Positions 29,701-41,700 of a stretch of DNA of 64,000 nt are shown here, piece after piece (within the stretch, counting starts at the first letter, position 1; each line of letters starts with the position of its first letter). This DNA is from Convolutriloba macropyga (Eukaryota): NCBI RefSeq assembly GCF_964194025.1, contig NC_134481.1, positions 17,112,001 to 17,176,000 of the forward strand. Direction: 5' to 3'. Position numbers and translations under genes: made by a program. The notes beneath the pieces were generated by a model. It did no database searches, was not told the DNA's origin, and was given only the letters and a program-made list of their open reading frames with translations.

Positions 29701-32700
29701 CATCTGCTGTTCAATGCAATAACTGGACACTATATCCTCTTCTGACAATCCAAAGTCACCAACCGAAGTGCCCTTGGGATATGGTGCCAGAATCAGCTAA
29801 AAACGACACAATAAAAAAATCAGAACCCAAAAGAATCGTTGAAAGAGATCCAAAAAATACCACGATATAAGGGCAATTCGTTCCTTTATTGATGATTATT
29901 TTGTAAAATATGTCAAAAAATTCTGTGTCGTAACAGACGACGCCATTAGAAATTATTGGCCAAAAGCAAAAAATAATCCTTGATTGAGGCTTATAAAGAT
30001 GAATAAAAATTATAATGTCTAGATTTTACGCCGTTGTTCCCTGTTCTCCTTCATTGTTTGCAAATGGCTGCGGCTTTTTTAAGTTTAATAAAAAAAGTTG
30101 GATATCTAACGGAATCGATTTCCAAGGAAGATAGGGATTCTTCTCCTGATTTTGACTGGTCTATGGAAAGAATAATCTGCACGGGGATGTCCATTTGAAG
30201 ACACAAAAGCATCTCGTCACCCATTCTGAGCCAACTAAAATAAATTTTTAAATAATGAGGTTTGTTGATAATGCATTCATCATTTCACCACAGAATTCAC
30301 CACTTATATACCACCAATTCAGCAGTTATCTTACACCATTTATTAAAATCCAGTTGTCTCACCAACAGTCCCATAAGTTATGGACAAAATGACTTGTTTT
30401 TGCTCGACGAATACTGTGAAAATCGGACAAATAGGTTAATCTTGGCTTCAGGATTAGACAACTTTTTCCCGTAATTTTTTTCACCGATGTTGGTACATGA
30501 AAAAAAGTTTTCTAATGTGCTACCAAGTACCTAGCCGATTTGTATAATTGTAAGATTCTTGCTTCAATCAATTTTTGTAACAAAATACATATTCATGTAT
30601 TTACATAAATTATGTAACATTAATTACTAAAAATTAGGTAAGATTCTAAAAGTGAACAGAGAACAAAAATTTTCACATTTACATTTTTTTGCAACTCTTA
30701 CTGGACGTCTAGTTCCGACAAAACTTATTCCTGTTGAAGGAAAACAAGTTCACAAATCGCAGACGCGAAAGCGATTTGAAAATAATAACAAAAAAGGGCC
30801 AGAATTCTTCAGGAACTTTTGACAAGTTAACTCACTTTGATTTCACCAAGCAGAATCCATCATGATCAAAAATAGTGAAATTATAATAAATCGTCAGTTA
30901 ATGGATGAAACGTACAAGGAATGCGACCTGAGGGCAGTATCCTATTGAATAAGAAGCACTCCCGAGTGGAGGTTTGGCGGTGAATTTTCGTAAGAAATGC
31001 GGTGAAATGCGGTGAAAAAAAAATAATTTTCACCCCGTTTTTCTTACATCTTTTTGCGGTGATTGCGGTGAATCGCGGTGAATTATTTATTTTCACCGCG
31101 TTCTCAGTATTCTTACAAAAAAAGCTTCATTACACGGGTTTTGGAACTCTTACATCCTGCATGTCTTCAACTCCTTATTCCACTGCGCCAAATTTCACTT
31201 GCTTCAATAATATCTCTTGTGAATTTAAATCAGGATTCAGTAAACGTTCGAAAGCAAATGCGGTGAATTTTTGTAAGAAATGCGGTGATTTTTTTTAAAG
31301 AAATTCGGTGAATTTCGCGGTGAATATTGGTAAGAAATGCGGTGAGTCTTTTTTTTCACCGCATTCACCGCATTTCTTACAAAAATTCACCCAAAAATTC
31401 ACCCGGGCTCTTAACTCAGCTAACCCCCAAATAGTGTTCTGTTGATTGACTTCCACCGAGGTGGATTGACTAGGGTTGCGAATTCCGTATTCCGCTTGAC
31501 ATAGAGTGGTCCATTTGGATCCCATGCTGCGTCTCTCAGACTCCTTCCCTCCGAGGACTGTCCTCATTGAGAGCGTAAAAGAATGCTGGGAATCAATCTA
31601 AGCAACAAAAACATTTCAGAACTTCTTTCACATAAACCACAAAAAAAAATATGTTTGTGAAGAATGCAGAATGTTGAAGACAAAACTAACTAACCAAATT
31701 AATTAACACTAAATATTCGAAATAAAAAAACTAATTTAATCAAATTAATCAAAACTAAAACAAAAACAAAATGGACTATTATATCTGTCCCGAAAAATTG
31801 GATGGATTTTACAGCTTAAGAATAAATTATGTCAGGACAAAAGAGCAAAAATTTGCAATTGTTATTTAAAGGGTGAAATTTACATTTTTTGCGGTTTTTA
31901 ACGATCATAAGAAATGACTTCAGACCTTTCGATAATTATGAACAGATAAAGAAGAACGCACAAGTTTTTAGGCACATTGATGTTGGTCTTCTGGGTAGAA
32001 TTTCAAGCAATTGACGGATGATAAACATGATCAATTATGTTCTCAATGCAAAATATCCAAAACAGATTTTGAACCAACTTACCGGTTTCACACGTAAAAA
32101 TGGTATGAAAAGCAATGGCTTTGAAGTCCTCGGGAATTGCTCCGAACTGATTTCGAACTTCAATGTTTCTCCTGATCTAAGTTCAACAAATCCATCGCCA
32201 GTCCAAGTTTTCAGACCATATTGCTTCATGATGATTTTTCTCGCATTTGATTGGCTGCTCTCAGCCTCCAATCGGAAGTGGTCAAATGTGGGTATGAATG
32301 AACCAGACTCCACTTGTTCACATTTCTGGCCCTAAATTGAACCAATTTGATACATCACTCTACCTTGAAGTTCTGGAAATACACAAAACTATGAAACAAA
32401 AATGCAACTTTACACGTTGCTCCTAAGTTCATAATGTTAAAAAGTTCTAACCAAAACGAATTCGATATTTTGTTGGTACAAATTGAGGAAATTCGTATTA
32501 GTTTGGTGCTGTTATTCCAATGAATATTTTCCAAATTTCCAATAAATATTTTTCAAAAAAACCGGAAGCTTTATTGAGTTGATACTGGTTGAAACTCCCT
32601 AATCGCAAATAATAGCAGCTCCTCACGTACATCAAATTTTTATTCGCGCCAAAATGATCCTCTTCAGGCAAAAGATGTAGGAGTGGGTTTTTCAGAAACA

Positions 32701-35700
32701 ACTTTAAACCAAAACCCACCGTGAACCCGTATCTGCAGTCACATTTTCCCGATTTCCTCGAATCACAAGCTGGAGTTCTTGACCCTCCCGGAGCGCATTC
32801 GCAACTCATACAGCCCTCAACACTCCCGTAACCTAATCCATAAGTACCCTCGACACAAGTGTCACATCTGGGACCTGTCACTTTGGGCTTACAAAACACC
32901 TTGCCAGTTTTAGGGTCGCAGATTTCTCCGGTGACACCTCGCGGGTCATAGTCGCACACTAAATATGAGGTGAGAATAAGATAAGCTGTTCAAACCCTCA
33001 CCCTCACTCAGAAGAACCCTCTGAAAACGAAAATAGTCAACCTATACAAATTACGATCAGCCTTAACGTATTCAAAAAAATACAAATAAACTATTTGTAT
33101 TATTTAATAACCCTAGTAAAAATATTCATAATGTACGGCGCATCTGAACAATTTCTCGAGAAATATTGGAAGAAAGTCTTGAAAGAAGCCAATGTAAATC
33201 AAGATTCAGTTTAGGCTTATTTCGTCAGGCTACAAGAAAAATTTTGACTAGATTTTTGATTTTGAAAAAGCAAACGGATATTTAAAAAGAGTTTATGTTC
33301 CTTTCGAAGTATCGCATACCACCAACAGAATTTTCATAGCACATTATTTCTAAGATTGTTGAATTGGATTTACAAATCAATCATCATTAGAGACGAGCGC
33401 CACTATCAAATTTAAATTGAACTAGATTAACACAAATTCAACAAAATGGCTTATTTTGTGGAATATCATGAGACAATTTATCACCATAATACACCTATTG
33501 TGTTTTGTGGAAAAAACAATTTAACCCTGGAATATGGTGACATTATACCGCCATATACCACAATTAAGCGCATGAGCCGTTTTTAGAATTAAATTTATCT
33601 TGGCGTTGTTTTTACTGGTGTCAAGACAATTTACGCAATGTCATTACACGTAAAGCCAAAATAACCAATACCATTATACCCAATGCCAATATACCCAATG
33701 CCATTATACCCTGTGTACTTTGATATTTTGGTTCAATAATCCGACTAGCAGAAATTAGCAGTCGTTATTACCCGTATGTTTTAGCATACTTAATGGCCAT
33801 GGCCATGCCTCAGCGGCCCGTGGAAATTGATATGAAACTATCACAACCGAACAAGTGATTAAATTATTATGCTTAATGGCCATAGCCATGCCTCAGCGGC
33901 CAAAAATGGGATTAAATTATCCGCTTGTTAAATCATAGGTGTAAGAGCTATTTTCTGCTAATTAGCAATCGAATTATGGAACGAAAATATAAATGTAAAT
34001 TGGGTATAATGGCATTGGGTATTTTGGAATTGGGTATAATGGCATTGGGTATTTTGGCATTGGGTAAATTTTCATGTAACCGTTTTTTAGTAAAATAGCA
34101 CTAATCCAAGTTCAAAGCCAGCTGTAATTGCCAAAAAAAATCAATTTAAGATAATGAAAAAATTGGTTTTTACCAGCTGGGGGATATTTCACAAATTAAC
34201 GAAATTGCGAATCGTTTTCATCACGAAAGTTTTTTATGTGATTGCTACAATCTGGATAAAATAATAGCAACAAAAGTTCCATAAAGGTTTAGCAATTAAG
34301 ATAAACAAAACCCTTCTATCCGTTTTGCTAACTGATTTGTATGTTAATTAGATATGGTATATATGGAACAGCATTAACTGAGTCGTTTTTTGAGGGACTT
34401 TTCAGATAAAAATCTTTTATCCTGGACGTTGATGCGTTCAACACCAACTCACTGACCTTCCAGCAACAGGACCTGAACAACAAACTAGGAAGTGTTTTAG
34501 TTCTGTATAACGTTTCTGAAATCTTGAAAATATAATAAAGTGTTAGAGTATAGGTTTAAACAGCTGAGGGAGAAGCATGAAATATTTACTGACCACTTTG
34601 CATGTAGAGGGATTTTTCTGGAATTATCATTTACTGATCACTTTTCAAAGAGGGAGATTTTCGGTAAATACGAAAAATTAATATTTAGTCTTTAGCAAAT
34701 GTACCACCCCCAACTTCTTTAACTTATACTAATTTATTTCACCAGCTTTACAAAAGTTGCTTTATTTAATTTCTCGCCAAAGAAGCGTTAAATTGGTTTT
34801 ATTTAAATGTTAAACACAAAATTCTTTTAAAATTGTTACAAATATAAAAACTATGAAACTATAATTAGCCGCATTCTGTTTCAATTATTTGCATATGGTT
34901 GTTCTGTTAAATAAAAATATGCGATGGAATCCAGTTTAAAAGTAGAAAAATTAAATTAATAGGTTATTTTGTATAACTATGAACTACTCAATTTGACTGT
35001 TCCTACATTTTCGGCTTAATTTCTTGTTTTAAAAGCGTCATCGAAGCCTGATTAGCAGCAAATTAAAGGAACTTACCAATTTGCTCATATGTGCAAAACA
35101 AAAGGACATTGCATTTGAAAATCGAATACCGGTCACCCGAATACCCGATGTGTGAAATGGACCGAATGCTCCGACCCATTTCGTTAGGGGCACTAGTATG
35201 TAATGATTATTTAGAGAGATGTTTTCTCGGAATTATAATGACAATTGTTTTACAAGAAAAATATGAAAATAATTTGCGCCTTTATGAGACAAATTGTCGT
35301 GAGGAACGCTAAAATCCTTACAGTAAATCCTTTTGACTCACCCAATGAGTGGGGAGCTCAAAATTTAACACATTGTCATACTAGCTGTAACTCAGTGGCG
35401 GGTGAAATTTGATTGCCCAGAACAGGAAGTTTTACCTCAAACAATTTTTCCAAGAAGGAAACTAGTGTGATTGCATGGGTGATTGCATGGGTGATTGCAT
35501 GGGTTGAACTGATAACAATGATCGTTTATGAACCAAGGTTTTCTAATTAGATTGTAACCTTTACAGTAAATAGTATGAGAAAGTCAAAAACAATTTTTAG
35601 GTGACCTAATTGAAATTTAGCGAATTCCTATTGAGCTATGTGAAACAAAAATCGGCTTGAAGGAAATCATTGAGATTGGAAGGAATGAAAGCATAAATAA

Positions 35701-38700
35701 ACATTGTTCCTTTAAGAATGGCGCACAGATAAAAAAAACAGTTTGTGCATATTCTTGGATAAGTCAGCGTTCAAAGACAAGATAAAATTGATTAGCCTGC
35801 AACCAATCATTTAATCATTGATATAGTGCTTCATTCATCAATACAATCAGCATTTGATTCCAGCAAATTATTTATGTGAATTGTCCTTAAGCTTGTATTC
35901 CAATATTTTCTGCAAAGATTGAGTCCGTTATTTATATACGGGGACTTCAATTGATTCAAAGTTTGGGATTTTAGCTGACAGTTTAACGTTGAAATGCTGG
36001 TCTATGTCTGCCGGGGACATCAAAAATTTTTTTCAAGATGTCATGAATTGTCAATTAAGTTGCATGATTACTACAAAAGAGTTTACGATTATTATGACTT
36101 CGGGGTAGTCAAACATTATTCAGGGAAAAAGAGTATAATAAAGGAATAAAGGGTTCCAGGACTAAAGAGTGTAGTTATAGTGTATTTTTAAAAGTGTAAA
36201 GAGTGTACACAAAAGTGTAATTTTTTTTAAAATTACACTCTTACACTTTTTTCCTGGTTAATTAAGAGTGGAATTGACTTTACGCCCTTATTTTCGCTTA
36301 ATAACGGTAGAATACGGGTGGACGCCTCGGCTCGGGTACAAAACTTAAATAGATAGTCAACACCTTCATATTTGTTTTTGAAATGGGTTCCGTTGGTTTC
36401 ACGAAGGGGATTGGTTTATAGCCCTGTAATCATGAATAAATGAATTAATTTTTTTTCTGATAGTACAAGTTTCAAATGTATGAATTCATGGCAATAAACA
36501 AGGATCATAAATGATTTGTTATCACTATTCTTCAACACTCAGAAGCAATATCTGGCATTTTCTTAGAAATCACGCCATAATAATTATCACTTCATTAGTT
36601 TAATGTATGAATCAAATTAAATTTCTGAGGTTTAGAAAACAGCCAAAATTGGTCTTTTCCGTAATAAAAACTTTGAGACGCTAACTTCTGCATGGAAATC
36701 TGTCCGATATCAGTCTTCCCAGTTGCAAATGGTACCCCACTCTGCACCTGTCACAATGAGCACCCTCAGTCTCGTCATCACAGTTCACACACTGTCCCCC
36801 GTCGCCCTCACCCCGTGAACTGCTGCCCCCTGTCATGGATAGCTCCCGTTGAGTTTGGTTGAACCGGCACACTGATGCGTGGTTGTTGCACTTGCATTCT
36901 GAAAATTGATTTAGTGTATTATCATACCTATATGTATTCTGTAGTCACAGTAAAACAGAACTTCAATTCAATTATGATCGGTACTTTAAGAACCATAACT
37001 TAACCTTGAAGCGCACGAGAACGTTCCAAAAGCACTAGGGCATGCAATAAACTCATTGCAATATTTTTTCTTAGATTTTTTAAACGAATTTAAACAAATT
37101 CGCACAAGTTTCAATCCAATGACATGCTGGATGCCGGAATATCTCAAGGTTTTGGTGATTTTCACAATTCATTTTCAAATCGTGCAATAATTGCAGAAAT
37201 TTATGTAAAATTATTACTCCCTATATTGCACATAATAAAATTTCGAAAAGCGAAAGTAAGCTTGGTTTTAATCAGTCAAAACGATCGAAATTCTTGCATT
37301 TTTCTTCGGTTTCGTAGTTATGTTCTGGTTTCAAACGCGGGATACCTTTGGTATGTTCAGTTTCCAGATGTTAACAACTGTCAACATGTTAGGTTCCAAA
37401 CCACAAGGCAATCTTAAGAAAAGGTTTTGTGATCTAATTAACACTCCTTGAAAGCAAACTAATGATCCGATTCGTCGTCAATGTTCAATATGTAAGCCAC
37501 AATTTTAAAACAAAAATAAACAAAGCAAACTAATTTTAAATTTGCTAAAGTTTGTTTTTCCATCTCTTGAAATAATTTCTTCATTGAATAACAATTCAGT
37601 TTACTGATATTAGTTCCATTCAGAACTTCATTTAAAAATTGTGTACAAAAAAATCGACCATTTTTATTACGAAATTCTCGCGTTTAGATCCGATCGATTA
37701 CCGACGTTTACTTTCGGTCTTCTGGACTTCGGATCCTTTTCCGAAACGGTTTCATTTAGGCTTGTTCATTATGTGGGGATGATGAATTAACAATTTGAAC
37801 ATTACAAATTTTCACGCAGCTTCAAATGCACATAACGCACCAAAATATTAAGTATTAGAAATTTTGGGATAAACTCTACCCGAATCAAGACATTCCGTCA
37901 AACTTTGGTCGAAAAATATCCACAAAAGTGTGAAATGTGGGCAATCACTCTAACCTCGGCACTCAAACTGGTTCTGTTCAGTCCATGGTTTCCACTCCAA
38001 GGCATTGTACATTGGCTTGCAACTGTCACAATTGGTTCCTTGTGTGAAATGAGCACACTGACACACCCCATACACTTTGTCACTCACAAATGCCTCGTAG
38101 GGGTCACTAGAGACACACTTGGATGCGTGTCCATTGCAGAAACACTTTCCTCCTATCTCCAGTTGAGAAACTGAAAGACAGGTAGTTATTTACCGAGTTG
38201 GGGTTATCCAGGATGAGGTCCTCGACCCAAAACAGGTATGGAACAGAGGGACTGGGGTCGCGGACAAGGGACACGGTGCGACCCTCTATCATAGTCTGGA
38301 CGGAATTTGGGTCGCACCATCCGGACCGAGTCTAGTACGCTGGACCGTTGTATTATAGTCAATATGACCCTCTTGCCAGACCGTTAAAGTATTTTTTTAA
38401 GTCAAGGTCTGGACTTTTGGTCAATATAAGTGCACACGACGAAATTCTGGTATTTAGGGATTCTATATAGATTATCAGGAATTCCATCTAACATGTAGAT
38501 CGATGACTATAACGGGTACAAAATTCTGGCTAACTTGAATAAAAGTATCTGAGTTTGTCAGCGGTGGCGTCAGTGATGTACGGCAATGCGTGGAACTTGA
38601 TCAGTCTGATTCGCACATTGGTCACCATTTTCAATTCTTTCCCAGATGACTCATCCACCCCAGCACCGTCTAAGATGTCCTCAACTTTGAACACCACCTA

Positions 38701-41700
38701 TTCAGAAAAAAATGGAAGAGCAAATGCATAACTTTTCAACAAATGCTTATAGGATGTCACCTTGTGTTTCGGAGACGAGCATGTTACCAATGCTTTTAGA
38801 TAATTTTGCAGTTTATGTTAATGAAAAATGCTTCAATTTAATAGCATCAATTTTTTAACAGTCAATAATAAGAGCTATAAGCTTATCACAAATCTGTTCA
38901 AAAATTTAACCTCAGCAGCAAAAATCATTAAGAAAATTGTTTGAAATTATTGCGAAAACATTAAAAGAAGAGGTCTTTCCCATTATAGCCCCCCCCCCCA
39001 GCTTAGTGGTCATATAACCGCTTATAGCCCCTTCCCAATTGTTGTAATTATACAAAAATGGGGGGCTATAATTTCATGGGGGGGGGGGCTATAATGGGAG
39101 GACCCAAAAGAAACAGTCCACAATATACAAAAGTGCATCAATAATTATAAGCACAAGAATCCTCGACCGTATATTTTTGAACGCACCGTACCCCCTGTGT
39201 GCGTTCAAAAATGGTATGCGTCATAAACGATGACAATAACGAAAACCTCGACCTGGTGAGGCTACAAAATATTTGAAAATTCAATCCGATCAGGAAATAT
39301 CGCTGGGCTAATTAAAAATTAAATTTAATCTTACAGCTGATTCGACGTCACTCGAATCGGAGAACCTCTGTTCACAATAAGGTTCTCCCTCTGCACGCGT
39401 GATCAAATTGGGTACTGTAGGGAACACCCTGAAACAGTCGTATGAGAAGTACTGCAGAGCACTCCATGACTTGCCCCCATCTGATGATTTCTCCATGACC
39501 ATAGAGTGTGGTTTCGTGTACTTGAAGGTCACAGAGATGAAGTCCAGCTCAAAGGTGGACTCAAGATTTAGCTGGATTGTCACGTTTTCCACTCCTAAAG
39601 GATTACGATTTCAGTTGCTTTCATGCTGAAAGGACATTTAAGAGAAGTTTCAGCTTTCCTTTGGGTTCAACCCTGTGCTCATTTTCATTCTAGAAACCCC
39701 GTTCCTTTTCCTCAGAAAAAGAACTTTGAGTTTCTAGCTTTTAGTTTAGCTCCTGTATTTTGTTTTTGAGATACAAAATTGAAAAATGTGCAAAAGTTAT
39801 TGAGTGAGCACGACTTGTTGGCGACTCTCGCCCTTATGTTTTCAATAATCGACAAACTTGATGAAATTTTTTTTCAAAAACCTCAAAAAATTGGTAGATA
39901 AGTTGATAGGTAACCTTTTCTCTCATTCATTCATCGTCATTCCTAGACACTTCTTCATTGTCAAGTCCCACTCGCATAAAAGCATAATTTGCACAAGTAG
40001 GAGAACTCTTGGCTCCAAATACATGACGCTGATATTCGTATACCTGAACAGGTTCGTTAGTTTTTGGACGCCATAAGAACCTCAAGCAACTTCTATCCTG
40101 TTCGGAAACTTGCACTTGTAGAAACATCGATTCGATGTCAGCTGTCAGGGCTATTGGTCCTTCACGGAATCTGAATTTTGTTCCATGTAGCAGATCAGGT
40201 CCTGCTAGTAGCTTGCCATTTAGGCAAACTTCTTTGTACTTCGATGCAACATTTCAAACACTTTTTACTTTACCAGGCTTATTCGAGTTTAGCACTGGCT
40301 GGTGTGACAAATACCATTCTTTCCTGAAGGTGCTTTTCGATTCGGACTCGTCCTTTATCTTTACCAATCCCTTTTCTACATCTTCATCTTTTGATTGTTG
40401 ATACAAACTCTTCAGGTTTGGGTCCCTTTGAAATATTTGCTCCAGTGAGCAAAGCTGACCGAAGGCTGAGCTTTAGTTGCTCGGTAGGTTTGGCTCTGGC
40501 TCAGTTCTCATCATTCTCACTTCGTACCGCTCGCCTGTGAACTTCGTCGTACTCTCTAGCATCTTTTGTGCCTGCAGTTCCTTCTTTGACTGACTGACGA
40601 CGTTGATTTTGGAAGCATCAGTTTCTATGACCTACCAAGTTTGGATATTCTCAGCCACTTTTACATCTTCTGAGAAGGCGGAATGATAAACATTTTGTCT
40701 TCTTTTGCCTGTCATGGGTCCACTGACTACATATCTTAGCTCTGTTAGAACAGCGATAGGTTCACTTCGTGTTCCTATCTTGTAGTCCAATGGGCGTTGC
40801 CGCTAATAAGCAACTTGACCAAGGATGAGGCCAACTTCCATCACGATGAAGCTTTTGTTTGGTAAACCACTCAAGTGATTGAAGTATTGCTTCATAAATT
40901 TGTTTTTGTAGTTTGTGTTTCCCAAGGAGATTGACGGGTGTGCAAACGTTTCGATTGAATGCACCTTTGAATGTAGTCCCTTTATCTTGAGAGGAACCTT
41001 TTCGCTCATCAGATCTTTTGTTCCGTGCATGTCAGCTATGTTTTGCGTCACATCGTTGCCTCTCATATTCTATTCGTCGTCGATCCACTGTAGCAATGAA
41101 CATACTAGACCACTCCGGCCACTCGAAAGGGTTTCCATCAAAGTTGTTCAACTTCAGCTTTGGTAGATTACTGCTGCCTATGTAACCACTGATTTATCGT
41201 AGAATAGCTCTGGGGGAGACGTCCCGCTCGTGAACTGCAAAATCGTGAGAAGTGACAATGCCTGTTCACTTCAGGGTTGCTTCGAAGAGAGCTGTTGAGC
41301 ATTCTGGTGTTAGAAGATTGCCAATCCTACTGGCCCAGTCTGAAACATCGCTCTTCTTTTGGGTAGAGTTGAAGGGTGATTTGTCTCAAGCACTAATTGC
41401 TTGAAAACGGACATTATCATTTTCTAATGCTGTTCTCTTCACTTTGCGCTCTAGCTCACGCTCTTCCTTCAGTAGTTGACGCTTGGTTTCTAGCTCCTTC
41501 AATTGCATTTCCAGGCCTAGCTTCCTCCGCTCGAACCGTGCTTGCTCTAGTCTCATCCTGGTTTTGGATTTGATATCGAATTTGTTCATCCTCTCGTCGC
41601 GTTTTTGCTTTGCTGAAGATGTTTCCGAGATATTTTCCGTGTCTTGGCCGCTTGCAGTTGCCCCGTTTCACTCTGTTTGAGCAACCGGGTTGTCCGTTGA

